DNA from: a virus
Taxonomy: Duplodnaviria > Heunggongvirae > Uroviricota > Caudoviricetes
Virus record (IMG/VR): IMGVR_UViG_3300033146_005641
Span: 119,352-183,351 of that record
Strand: one strand, 5' to 3'
Length of the DNA stretch: 64,000 bases
Made by a program: the position numbers and the translations under genes. This document shows positions 55,560 through 63,990 of the stretch, one piece after another; the first letter of the stretch is position 1, and the number at the start of each line of letters is the position of its first letter. The notes beneath the pieces were generated by a model, which saw only the letters and a list, made by a program, of their open reading frames with translations, was not told the origin of the DNA and did no database searches.

Positions 55560-56477
55560 ATGAATGATTATAAGCTAGAGGGTTTTCCTGATATTATAAG
55601 AGAATCTATAAAGGAAACACCGCCTATAAGATCTAGAAATGAAATTATAAAAATTTTAGAAAACATCATAGATTTAGAGGGTCTTCACTTTTATGTTTTT
55701 GGAGGATCTCAACATCTTTTAGATATTAGTAATGAATTTACGAATAATTCCGATATAGATTTTTTCTTTCCTACAGAAGAGGATTATAAAGAAATGTTAA
55801 AGAGGATGAGAAATAGCAAGAAATGCTATTTCTCCTCTTCTAAATTTTCAGACCATACATCTTTAAATGATTTTACACTTCAGCTAATAAATTATAAATT
55901 TGGCGACCATCACTATCATTTTGACGAGTTTGATCTTAATAAATCTAAAATCGGATTTGAATATATAGACGGAAAACTAATAGATAGAAGAGGAGATGAC
56001 TATGAAGATGATCTTTATATAATTTACGAGAAATTTAATGTTCAAACCGCAAATAGATATATAAAATATTTTTATAGATGCTATGATAAGAATCATCTTG
56101 AAGATTTATCTCATCCGGTCTCTTATAGCTTTTTAAAAGACATAGAACATATATCATCCTACCTAATATCTAATGAAAATATAAAATATGATTCATATAA
56201 TAATAATTTCAAAATAGGATATCAAATTCTTGAATCATTAGTAAGAATATTAGTGGATAATGGTGAAATATCCTCTAAATGCATAGATATCATCTTAGAG
56301 GAAATGAAAAAGAAATGGAACACTAGTAAAGTTATTAGTTTTTGGAAGATTTTTTACGAAGGTGTAATCAATAACTATAACTCTATGCATAGAGATGAAA
56401 TATATTCTGCTCACTCTTCTCTACATTCTAAAGTATCGGTCGAATTTAAAAATAAATTTCCTCAATATTTTATCTAG
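55560..56477 (+). CDS. Pol-beta-type nucleotidyltransferase-fold protein ending ...KFPQYFI
   Basis: FGGSQHLLDISNEFTNNSDIDFFF (GGS x12 DID signature). Confidence 0.45.
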   Translation: MNDYKLEGFPDIIRESIKETPPIRSRNEIIKILENIIDLEGLHFYVFGGSQHLLDISNEFTNNSDIDFFFPTEEDYKEMLKRMRNSKKCYFSSSKFSDHTSLNDFTLQLINYKFGDHHYHFDEFDLNKSKIGFEYIDGKLIDRRGDDYEDDLYIIYEKFNVQTANRYIKYFYRCYDKNHLEDLSHPVSYSFLKDIEHISSYLISNENIKYDSYNNNFKIGYQILESLVRILVDNGEISSKCIDIILEEMKKKWNTSKVISFWKIFYEGVINNYNSMHRDEIYSAHSSLHSKVSVEFKNKFPQYFI

Positions 56478-56529
56478 CTTTAAGTCTCTTTATTCTATAA
56501 TATGTTAATATAAAGAGAAAAGGAAAGAG
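56460..56529 (+). promoter_or_regulatory. junction cassette
   Basis: CCTCAATATTTTATCTAGCTTTAAGTCTCTTTATTCTATAATATGTTAATATAAAGAGAAAAGGAAAGAGATG. Confidence 0.55.
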
Positions 56530-56760
56530 ATGAAAGCTTACGAAAGCTCTATAACTAATAAATTATATAAAAATATAGAAGATCTTAAAAAAGATGAAAG
56601 AGATTTTATAAAATCATATTTATATAATAACCTAGAATGGATGGAATATAAAGGAGATCTTATAGAACTAGATTTACTCTTCGATGCTTTTGATAGATTT
56701 GGAAAAGATATAGCTTTAGATATTTTAGATAAATTAAGAACAGAGAACGGTAATGATTAG
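56530..56760 (+). CDS. hypothetical protein
   Basis: 76 aa. Confidence 0.4.
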   Translation: MKAYESSITNKLYKNIEDLKKDERDFIKSYLYNNLEWMEYKGDLIELDLLFDAFDRFGKDIALDILDKLRTENGND

Positions 56761-57862
56761 AACTACACCAGATAAATTATTTGAAAATCTAATGACTTTA
56801 ACAAATACTAACGAAGCCTTTTATTTTTCTGATCAAGACATAACTATTAATGAAAAAAAATATATTATAAGATCATTCTCCTATCGTCTTGCTTCATATA
56901 CAGACTTTACTGATAATGTACATTTGTCTGCAAGAGAGGCAAGAGGAACCGCATTTTATACTGAAAAAGGTAGAGAAGATTGGAAACTCTTTTGTCGTGC
57001 ATATCCTAAATTCTGGAATCTCGGTGAGGGTGTTGACCAAAACACTTTCATCAATGAACACAACCCCTATACATCTTTTGAAAAAATAGATGGTTCATTA
57101 ATGCTTTTTGGTAAAATCGGTGATAAAGTTACTGCTAAATCGAAAACATCTATAAATTCTGATCAAGCACAAATGGCTCAAAAAATTTATGATGATGATA
57201 AAACAATTCAAAAAACAGTTGAATATCTAATCGACCATAATTATACACCTGTATTTGAGTTGATAGGTCCTGATAATGTTGTTGTTCTTCGCTATCCTAA
57301 AAATGAACTAGTACTTCTTGGATACATTGAAAATGATACTGGTAGGGTGGTTCCGGCGGGTAGGTTTGAAAGAAATAAATTTGGTATTAAAACACCTAAA
57401 GTTTATAAACATGCTTGGAATGAACTCTTACATATTAAAGAAAGTTCAACTGATAATATTGAGGGTTTTGTTGTGATTACAGACAAAGATGAGTTTGTTA
57501 AGGTTAAAACTCAATTCTATGTAAATAAACATCATCTTAAAGACAACATCAATAACATTAAATCTTTAACAGAACTAATACTTGATGATAACGTTGATGA
57601 TATTATTTCAGAGTTTCAGGGTGATCAAGAAACAATCAATTATATTGTTGAAATGCAGTCAAAAATCGGTCATAAATTCAACCATTTAGTAGCAACAGTT
57701 GAATCATACGTAAACGAGAATAAAGACCTAGATAGAAAAGAGTTTGCTATCAAAACTAAAAAAGACTTTCAAGAACGTTTTGGATTAGCAATGAATATAT
57801 ATTTAGATAAATCACCAAACTATAAAGAATATTTTATGAAAAATAGGATGTATAATGAGTGA
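56753..57862 (+). CDS. rnlA: RNA ligase 1 (T4 RnlA / gp63 homolog)
   Basis: LFENLMTLTNTNEAFYFSDQDITINEKKYIIRSFSYRLASYTDF versus T4 [43 protein letters not shown]. Motif I FEKIDGSLM (T4 LTKEDGSLV). Confidence 0.85.
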   Translation: MIRTTPDKLFENLMTLTNTNEAFYFSDQDITINEKKYIIRSFSYRLASYTDFTDNVHLSAREARGTAFYTEKGREDWKLFCRAYPKFWNLGEGVDQNTFINEHNPYTSFEKIDGSLMLFGKIGDKVTAKSKTSINSDQAQMAQKIYDDDKTIQKTVEYLIDHNYTPVFELIGPDNVVVLRYPKNELVLLGYIENDTGRVVPAGRFERNKFGIKTPKVYKHAWNELLHIKESSTDNIEGFVVITDKDEFVKVKTQFYVNKHHLKDNINNIKSLTELILDDNVDDIISEFQGDQETINYIVEMQSKIGHKFNHLVATVESYVNENKDLDRKEFAIKTKKDFQERFGLAMNIYLDKSPNYKEYFMKNRMYNE

Positions 57863-58208
57863 AATACAAGAAATAAAAAAAGATATAAAGAGTTATGAAA
57901 TCTGTAAGAATTATAAAGACGGATTTTTATTATTAAAATCTGAAAATACTATGATGTCTGGTAACAAAATTACAATTCATAAACATACCTTTCATATTGT
58001 GAATGAAACGGAAGATTCTTATGAGGTAGTACAGGGTCCTATTATTAAAATACCTAAAAGCGATTTAATATTAGATGAGGTTGAGGCTACCTATAAAACT
58101 ATACTATATAGATTACAAGAAGGTTTAGGTATAAGTAGATCTCATCAAAATAAATATCCTGAACTGATAGAAAAGGTTAAAATAGAATATCCTCAATATT
58201 TTATCTGA
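57855..58208 (+). CDS. hypothetical protein ending ...EYPQYFI
   Basis: 117 aa. Confidence 0.4.
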   Translation: MSEIQEIKKDIKSYEICKNYKDGFLLLKSENTMMSGNKITIHKHTFHIVNETEDSYEVVQGPIIKIPKSDLILDEVEATYKTILYRLQEGLGISRSHQNKYPELIEKVKIEYPQYFI

Positions 58209-58261
58209 TTTTAAGTTAGCTTATATTATAATATACTACATAAAGAGAAAAGGATAGAAGG
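58191..58261 (+). promoter_or_regulatory. junction cassette
   Basis: CCTCAATATTTTATCTGATTTTAAGTTAGCTTATATTATAATATACTACATAAAGAGAAAAGGATAGAAGGATG. Confidence 0.5.
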
Positions 58262-58443
58262 ATGGATATTAGTGATTTTGTTTTTGAAGATAATGAGAGT
58301 TTTGTTTATGTTGCGAAACACCTTTAACTGAAGTTGAAGACGAGGATGAACTTTATTGTGATGAGTGTGAAGAGTCTATTCCTGATGATGAGGTAGATAC
58401 TATGCACATCTCTTATATTGCCGATGAGGATAAATGTCTGTAG
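58262..58443 (+). pseudogene. short acidic Cys-containing ORF interrupted by a frameshift (21 codons, then ~40 codons in +1 frame)
   Basis: MDISDFVFEDNESFVYVAKHL stop; the next frame reads TPLTEVEDEDELYCDECEESIPDDEVDTMHISYIADEDKCL. Confidence 0.2.
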
Positions 58444-58472
58444 AGGTATAAACAAATTCTAGGAAGTAAAAA

Positions 58473-58889
58473 ATGAAAAAACCAAAAAATTATTACGGAT
58501 TTGCTTTTGGTAATTGCAAAAAAGAATATAGTAAAAAATATCTTAAGTCAAAAGAAGGTAAAAAAGAACTTAAAAAATGTAAAAAGAGATTTAAAAAATA
58601 TCGTAAACATTATAAAAAACATGGATGGGATCCTACTGAAACTTGGAACCTAGATCAAACCCTTGCTAATTTTGTTTTCCCTAGATTAGTTTATTTTAGA
58701 AAAAATTTACACGGATATCCTGGAAATTTGACGAAAAAAGAGTGGAAAGAGATTTTAGATAAAATAATAAAATCTATGAAATCTGCTTCTAAAGGATATG
58801 AAGATGTAGATTATGACGAAAAAGAATGGAAAAGAATTCAAGAAGGTTTTAAATTATTTGGTAAATATTTTTCAAACTTGTGGGATTGA
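58473..58889 (+). CDS. small basic protein
   Basis: 138 aa. KKYRKHYKKHGW Lys-rich N-terminus. Confidence 0.4.
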   Translation: MKKPKNYYGFAFGNCKKEYSKKYLKSKEGKKELKKCKKRFKKYRKHYKKHGWDPTETWNLDQTLANFVFPRLVYFRKNLHGYPGNLTKKEWKEILDKIIKSMKSASKGYEDVDYDEKEWKRIQEGFKLFGKYFSNLWD

Positions 58890-58911
58890 TAATAAATTTA
58901 AGGAGAAAGAA

Positions 58912-59421
58912 GTGAAGAATTTAATAAGAGCTAAAAATAATTGGATACTAAAAATATTTATAGAACATCCTACATCTCTACTTGTTGGACTAATTTTAGT
59001 ATCTATGACTGTTTTTATACCTTTTGAAGTTGTAACGGTAATATTAGTATTATTATTCTATATTATATGGGGATCTGTATATGTTAGTCATTTTGATAAT
59101 GATAATCTAATAGAATTTGGATTTTTAACTTCTTTTATAATTATTTTAATTATTTTAGGATTTACTTGGAATTATTTTGATTATAAACCTGTTAATAGCG
59201 TTGTAGAAGAATATAAAAATCTAAAATACGTATGGGATGAAAATAAACACGGGATTTCGTATAAATTTTATAATCCCGAAACTAGAGAAATCATATTTGA
59301 TAAAAATATAAAAAATCCTAACTTTATAAAGAAAGAATCATACAACGTTAAAAAATTAAATTATAACTATCAATGGTTTCAAATTGCCAGGACTAAATAC
59401 GTAATTGAAGGATTAGAATAA
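58912..59421 (+). CDS. membrane protein, probable GTG start
   Basis: AAGGAGAAAGAA then GTG at 58912. Hydrophobic segments LLVGLILVSMTVFIPFEVVTVILVLLFYIIWG and FLTSFIIILIILGFTW. The ORF track's 58813 start overlaps the upstream gene. Confidence 0.4.
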   Translation: MKNLIRAKNNWILKIFIEHPTSLLVGLILVSMTVFIPFEVVTVILVLLFYIIWGSVYVSHFDNDNLIEFGFLTSFIIILIILGFTWNYFDYKPVNSVVEEYKNLKYVWDENKHGISYKFYNPETREIIFDKNIKNPNFIKKESYNVKKLNYNYQWFQIARTKYVIEGLE

Positions 59422-59669
59422 TGGAGAGATATGGTAGATATAATAAGTTAGGATTTTTTAAATTTGATTCTATACATCCTGAGGATTTACCAAAAGTAAT
59501 CAAAATAATAGAAACCGGAGATCTTACTCTTAAAAGCTATACAAAAGATTTCTTTAATTTTGCTCTTATACCGGCTTTTATTTTTTATCCTTTTTTTCTA
59601 GGATATTGGGGTATAGAAAGATTTAGATTTTATCTATTTCTTAAAAAACATCCTCAATATAGAATCTAA
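59421..59669 (+). CDS. small membrane protein ending ...HPQYRI (variant tail)
   Basis: 82 aa. FALIPAFIFYPFFLGYWGI hydrophobic segment. Confidence 0.4.
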   Translation: MERYGRYNKLGFFKFDSIHPEDLPKVIKIIETGDLTLKSYTKDFFNFALIPAFIFYPFFLGYWGIERFRFYLFLKKHPQYRI

Positions 59670-59724
59670 TCTGATTTTAAGTCTTATAATACAATATATT
59701 ATATAAAGAGAGAAGGATAGAAAG
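59652..59724 (+). promoter_or_regulatory. junction cassette (deletion variant in tail-coding part)
   Basis: CCTCAATATAGAATCTAATCTGATTTTAAGTCTTATAATACAATATATTATATAAAGAGAGAAGGATAGAAAGATG. Confidence 0.5.
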
Positions 59725-59970
59725 ATGATAGTTTTATATCAAAATAGAAACGAGAATGATGAATTATATTACGCTGAACTTTTGACAGATCCTCATCTTA
59801 TTGAGGAAGGTATATCATATATAAGTGTAGGTACTAATCATAGACTGAATTCACCTCATATATCTGATTGGAAAAAATTATATATAAACTCGGTAAATTT
59901 GAAAGATGTTGTGTGTCTTTATAGAGATATGGATTCATTAAAATGGCATCAAGCGGCTTATTTTATATGA
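59725..59970 (+). CDS. hypothetical protein ending ...AAYFI
   Basis: 81 aa. Confidence 0.4.
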   Translation: MIVLYQNRNENDELYYAELLTDPHLIEEGISYISVGTNHRLNSPHISDWKKLYINSVNLKDVVCLYRDMDSLKWHQAAYFI

Positions 59971-59979
59971 GGATTAGGA

Positions 59980-60234
59980 ATGTATAATAGAGATTTATAT
60001 TTTGATAAAGGAGAATATTTTTTATATTCTTTTAATGACGAACCAGATATAATAGAGATAGTATTAAAACTTTATTCTAAGAAAAGAAATTATACTAATG
60101 TATTAACATTAATAGGCTCGTATACCAACAAATATAATATTTACAGATTCACTCCAGATTTCATAGTTCGAGAATTAGGTCACTTTGAAAGTTTTGATGA
60201 GTTAAAAAGAGCATATCCACAATATTTTATATAA
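59980..60234 (+). CDS. hypothetical protein ending ...AYPQYFI
   Basis: 84 aa. Confidence 0.4.
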   Translation: MYNRDLYFDKGEYFLYSFNDEPDIIEIVLKLYSKKRNYTNVLTLIGSYTNKYNIYRFTPDFIVRELGHFESFDELKRAYPQYFI

Positions 60235-60244
60235 GGAGAGAAAA

Positions 60245-60454
60245 ATGAAAGCATTGATTATTTATCAGGGAGAGTTAAGAACAGGAACATATTATCCTCC
60301 TACGAGATGGAAAGATCTTAAAAAAGAATTAAAGAGAGGTAAATATATTTCTTTAGATAGGGGGTCAATAAAGTTAGTTAAAAATAAAGACATCATATGC
60401 TCGAGAGAGACTGAGGAAGATATTAAAAGAGATTTTCCACAATATTTTATTTAA
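60245..60454 (+). CDS. hypothetical protein ending ...DFPQYFI
   Basis: 69 aa. AAGGAGAGAAAAATG RBS. Confidence 0.4.
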   Translation: MKALIIYQGELRTGTYYPPTRWKDLKKELKRGKYISLDRGSIKLVKNKDIICSRETEEDIKRDFPQYFI

Positions 60455-60501
60455 TTTTAAGAATATTATAGTATAATTATAATACAAAAGAGGAGAGAGA
60501 A

Positions 60502-61116
60502 ATGAAAGAAAAACTTTTAGAAAAGACTGAGATGACCGTTTCAGAAGGATTAGCAAAGCTTAAGTTGCTTGATAAACGTATTCGTAAAGCTATGACTTCA
60601 AAATATGTTGGATATAAAATAGGTAGCAAAGTTCAAGAAAATTTTGAAAGTGAAAAGGCTAAATCAAACTATCAATCTTTAAATGATCTGATAAAATACC
60701 GTTCAAACCTTAAAATGGCTATTAATGAGTCAAACCTTAAAACTAAAGTTAAAGTTGCAGGTAAGAAAATGACAGCTCTTGAGGCTATCGAATATAAAAC
60801 TACTATCCAGTATAAAAAAGAATTCTTAGAAAGTATTAGAAAAAACTACATACGTGTTCAGCAAAGAATTGAGTATATAAATGAAGAAATTCAAGAACGT
60901 CTAGATTCTCAAGTAAAAAGTGCTTTTGAAAAAGCCAGTAAAAAAGAGATCGAAGATTTTACTCAAACTTTTCTAAAAAATAATGGTGTTTCGTTAGAAG
61001 ATCCTTTAAGGATTGAGAATCTTATCGAGTCTCTTGATAGAGAAATTGACGAATTCGAGAGTGAGGTAGACTTTGTTTTATCTACTTCTAATGCAACAAC
61101 AGTGATTAAGGTTTAA
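60502..61116 (+). CDS. hypothetical coiled-coil protein
   Basis: 204 aa. AGAGGAGAGAGAAATG RBS. Confidence 0.45.
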   Translation: MKEKLLEKTEMTVSEGLAKLKLLDKRIRKAMTSKYVGYKIGSKVQENFESEKAKSNYQSLNDLIKYRSNLKMAINESNLKTKVKVAGKKMTALEAIEYKTTIQYKKEFLESIRKNYIRVQQRIEYINEEIQERLDSQVKSAFEKASKKEIEDFTQTFLKNNGVSLEDPLRIENLIESLDREIDEFESEVDFVLSTSNATTVIKV

Positions 61117-61430
61117 TACCTTTTTCACCGTTGATCTTTTATAGAAATTCATCGAAAAGGTCAAAATCACTCTGCCTTCTAATTGCAGTGAAATTAGAGC
61201 TTTAATAATAAAAGAAGCTAATACGTATAATTTGGTTCGATTCCAAAGTAAAGCTAAAAGTAAAGCTCAAAGATTAGAGGTAAGAGTTCAAGGCTTAAAG
61301 TTTAAATTTTTATAAGTTTAACACTTAAAGAATAAAGGTTGATTAAACCCCGGAGTAACGGAGTAAGATAGTGATATCGGACCATCCGCCGGGCTGATGA
61401 GTTTCTATAAGAGATTTCGAAGGAGTAAAA
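61117..61430 (+). other. ORF-free, GC-richer intergenic segment with a tRNA T-arm-like element and several hairpins; possible structured RNA or tRNA remnant
   Basis: TTTGG TTCGATT CCAAA (61231-61247) is a canonical T-stem-loop, followed by GTAAAGC, which pairs with GCTTTAA at 61199-61205. No room for full D and anticodon arms. Downstream GC stem CCCGG..(35 nt)..CCGGG (61349-61393). Confidence 0.3.
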
Positions 61431-61850
61431 ATGAGATACGTATTTTCTTTACCTCAGGTTTCATCTAAACTAGTTAGAGTGTATGCTGCATCTATAGAAG
61501 TATTAACCTATGATGATGAGAGTAAACTAATTAAAGCGGAAAGGTGGGTAGACGGAGAATTAAAAGAGTTTAACCATAATAAGCGTAGATTTTACGTACA
61601 AAAAGCAGATGTTAAAAATATTATATCTCAATGTAAAGATAATAAAAATCCTCAAGTATTATTTAGAGGCGAAATTAAATCATATTATACTGACAATAAA
61701 CAGGAAGCCATACTAATACAACTGTATTATGCTAGCTATATTAAAGAATTGATGGAGAAAAAAAAGAATAGATTAGAGAAAATTATTGATACTCTTCCTA
61801 AGGAAGATGAGGATTTTATCAAGAATAATTTTCCACATTATTTTATTTAA
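61431..61850 (+). CDS. hypothetical protein ending ...NFPHYFI
   Basis: 139 aa. AAGGAGTAAAAATG RBS. Confidence 0.45.
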   Translation: MRYVFSLPQVSSKLVRVYAASIEVLTYDDESKLIKAERWVDGELKEFNHNKRRFYVQKADVKNIISQCKDNKNPQVLFRGEIKSYYTDNKQEAILIQLYYASYIKELMEKKKNRLEKIIDTLPKEDEDFIKNNFPHYFI

Positions 61851-61879
61851 TTTAAAATCATATGATATAAGAGGAAAAG

Positions 61880-62176
61880 ATGATAGAATGGAAAGATTTA
61901 GAGGTTGGGGATGTATTTATCTATAGGTTTGAAAAAGATTCTTATTTTTTAGCATATGTTTTACGGGCTAATAAAGATGTAAGTATCGAGATTCAAGATA
62001 TAAAGAATATTTCAAGAGGTGTGTCGAAAGGTATGTCCATAGAAGTAGATTCTTTTAATATATTTTTTAGTGATAAATATGATATGAGTACTTTTAAATT
62101 AGTAAAATATTTAGGTAATTTGAAAGGTGGAAGAGTAGAAGAGTTTAGTGTTAAGTTTCCTCAATATTTTATATAG
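61880..62176 (+). CDS. 98-aa protein, tandem paralog 1, ending ...VKFPQYFI
   Basis: MIEWKDLEVGDVFIYRFEKDSYFLAYVL... Confidence 0.5.
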   Translation: MIEWKDLEVGDVFIYRFEKDSYFLAYVLRANKDVSIEIQDIKNISRGVSKGMSIEVDSFNIFFSDKYDMSTFKLVKYLGNLKGGRVEEFSVKFPQYFI

Positions 62177-62229
62177 CTTTAAGATATATTACAATATAAT
62201 ATATTATATAAAGAGAAAAGGATAGAAAG
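62159..62229 (+). promoter_or_regulatory. junction cassette
   Basis: CCTCAATATTTTATATAGCTTTAAGATATATTACAATATAATATATTATATAAAGAGAAAAGGATAGAAAGATG. Confidence 0.5.
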
Positions 62230-62526
62230 ATGAGAGAATGGAAAGATTTAGAAGTTGGGGATGTATTTATCTATAGGCTTGAAAAAGATTATTATTTTTT
62301 AGCATATGTTTTACAAGCTAACGAAGATGTAAGTATCGAGATTCAAGATATAAAGAATATTTCAAGCGGTATATTAAAAGATGCGCCTATAGAAGTAGAT
62401 TATTTTAATATATTTTTTAATGGTAAATATGATATGAACACTTTTAAATTAGTAAAATATTTAGGTAATTTGAAAGGTGGAAGAGTAGAAGAGTTTAGTG
62501 TTAAGTTTCCTCAATATTTTATCTAA
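62230..62526 (+). CDS. 98-aa protein, tandem paralog 2, ending ...VKFPQYFI
   Basis: MREWKDLEVGDVFIYRLEKDYYFLAYVL... Near-identical to 61880..62176 except for a central patch. Confidence 0.5.
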   Translation: MREWKDLEVGDVFIYRLEKDYYFLAYVLQANEDVSIEIQDIKNISSGILKDAPIEVDYFNIFFNGKYDMNTFKLVKYLGNLKGGRVEEFSVKFPQYFI

Positions 62527-62575
62527 TTTTAGGTTATTTTATTCTATAATATATTATATAAAGAAGGATATAAAG
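62509..62575 (+). promoter_or_regulatory. junction cassette
   Basis: CCTCAATATTTTATCTAATTTTAGGTTATTTTATTCTATAATATATTATATAAAGAAGGATATAAAGATG. Confidence 0.5.
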
Positions 62576-63391
62576 ATGAAGTTTAGAGACACTAAATACG
62601 GTGATTTAACAGGACAAACCTATGAAGATAATATTGATGTATGTGGTTTAGATTTAACCTCTCTAGAGGGTGCTCCTGAGATAGTTAATGGTAGTTTTTA
62701 CTGCTATGATAATCAACTAACTTCTCTAGAGGGTGCTCCTAAGACAATCGATGGTAGTTTTAATTGCTCTAGCAACAATCTAACTTCTCTAGAAGGAGCT
62801 CCAGGGGCAGGTAAAGACGGGTTTTACTGTAATAACAACAATCTATCTTCTCTAGAGGGTTCTCCTAGGATGGTCGATGGTAATTTTAATTGCTCTTACA
62901 ACAATTTAACTTCTCTAGAAGGAGCTCCAGGAGTAGTTAATGGTAGTTTTTACTGTTATGATAATCAACTAACCTCTCTAGAAGGAGCTCCGGAGGTAGT
63001 TAATAATAATTTTAATTGTTCAGATAATCAACTAACTTCTCTAGAAGGAGCTCCAGGAGTAGTTAATGGTAATTTTAATTGCTTTAGCAATCAATTAACT
63101 TCCCTAGAGGGGGCTCCGAAGGTAGTTAGTGGTAGTTTTGAATGTTCTTACAATAATCTAACTTCTCTAGAAGGAGCTCCGGAGGTAGTTAATAATAATT
63201 TTAATTGCTCTAAAAATAATCTAACCTCTCTAGAAGGAGCCCCTAAGGTAGTTAGTGGTAATTTTTACTGTTATGATAATCGATTAGCTTCATTAGGATA
63301 TCTACCCTACTCTAAAAATGTTAGTTCAGATTTTAATAAAAATGAAGTTAATGATTACTTAAAATCTAAATTCCCTCAACATTTTATCTGA
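62576..63391 (+). CDS. LTSLEGAP 21-aa repeat protein (paralog)
   Basis: Start at the ATG at 62576 (MKFRDTKYGDLTGQTYEDNIDVCGLDLTSLEGAPE). The ORF track's 62498 GTG start runs through the junction cassette. C-terminal ...KFPQHFI. Confidence 0.7.
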   Translation: MKFRDTKYGDLTGQTYEDNIDVCGLDLTSLEGAPEIVNGSFYCYDNQLTSLEGAPKTIDGSFNCSSNNLTSLEGAPGAGKDGFYCNNNNLSSLEGSPRMVDGNFNCSYNNLTSLEGAPGVVNGSFYCYDNQLTSLEGAPEVVNNNFNCSDNQLTSLEGAPGVVNGNFNCFSNQLTSLEGAPKVVSGSFECSYNNLTSLEGAPEVVNNNFNCSKNNLTSLEGAPKVVSGNFYCYDNRLASLGYLPYSKNVSSDFNKNEVNDYLKSKFPQHFI

Positions 63392-63402
63392 TTTTAAGTC
63401 TA
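63374..63402 (+). promoter_or_regulatory. truncated junction cassette (tail-coding part plus TGATTTTAAGTCT only; promoter, RBS and ATG missing)
   Basis: CCTCAACATTTTATCTGATTTTAAGTCT is followed immediately by mid-repeat coding sequence. Confidence 0.5.
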
Positions 63403-63990
63403 GAGGTAGTTAAAGGAAGTTTTTACAGCTTTAATAATCAATTAACCTCTCTAGAGGGTGCTCCAGAGGTAGTTAGAGGAAATTTTAATTGTTCTAACAA
63501 CAATTTAACCTCTCTAGAGGGTGCTCCTAAGGTAGTTAGAGGAGATTTTGATTGTTATAATAATAAACTAACTTCTCTAGAGGGTGCTCCTAAGGTAGTT
63601 AGAGGAGATTTTGATTGTTATAATAATAAACTAACCTCTCTAGAAGGGGCTCCTAGGGCAGTTAATGGTAATTTTAATTGCTCTAGCAACAATTTAGCTT
63701 CTCTAGAAGGAGCTCCTAAGACAGTTAAAGGAGATTTTTATTGTTCTTACAACGATCTAACTTCTCTAGAGGGAGTTCCGGAGGTAGTCGATGGTAGCTT
63801 TTACTGTAATGAAAACAATCTAACTACTCTAGAAGGAGCTCCTAAGGCAGTTAAAGGAGATTTTTACTGCTATGATAATCGATTAACTTCATTAGGATAT
63901 CTACCCTACTCTAAAAATGTTAGTTCAGATTTTAATAAAAATGAAGTTAATGATTACTTAAAATCTAAATTCCCTCAACATTTTATCTGA
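63403..63990 (+). pseudogene. 5'-truncated, start-less LTSLEGAP repeat-gene fragment (mosaic of paralog sequences) ending ...KFPQHFI
   Basis: In-frame repeat units (EVVKGSFYSFNNQLTSLEGAPEVVRGNFNCSNNNLTSLEGAPKVVRGDFDCYNNKLTSLEG...) begin directly after TGATTTTAAGTCT. No ATG, GTG or TTG lies in frame between the upstream stop (63352-63354) and the TGA at 63988-63990. Segments are identical to parts of the 10176 and 50291 genes. Confidence 0.6.

Noticed and set aside
2731-60556. Other short ORFs nested in longer genes in other frames or on the opposite strand: 2731..2994, 7043..7234, 7334..7609, 19005..19253, 19803..20063, 23294..23596, 32844..33032, 34378..34572, 38876..39076, 39819..40007, 40559..40777, 41234..41503, 44756..44938, 45481..45672, 47093..47401, 47904..48119, 48168..48365, 52531..52728, 53496..53681, 56889..57089, 60374..60556.
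   Set aside because: Each lies entirely inside a longer, well-supported ORF in a different frame or on the opposite strand. They have no RBS context and low-complexity composition typical of AT-rich shadow frames.
61199-61255. Complete tRNA gene around the GGTTCGATTCC T-loop.
   Set aside because: Only ~57 nt lie between the acceptor-like stem halves. No D arm or anticodon arm can be drawn, so it is reported only as a tRNA-like remnant or structure.
61393-61420. Hammerhead ribozyme suggested by CUGAUGAG.
   Set aside because: The flanking sequence does not form stems I-III around a GAAA core and cleavage triplet. A single heptamer match is expected by chance.
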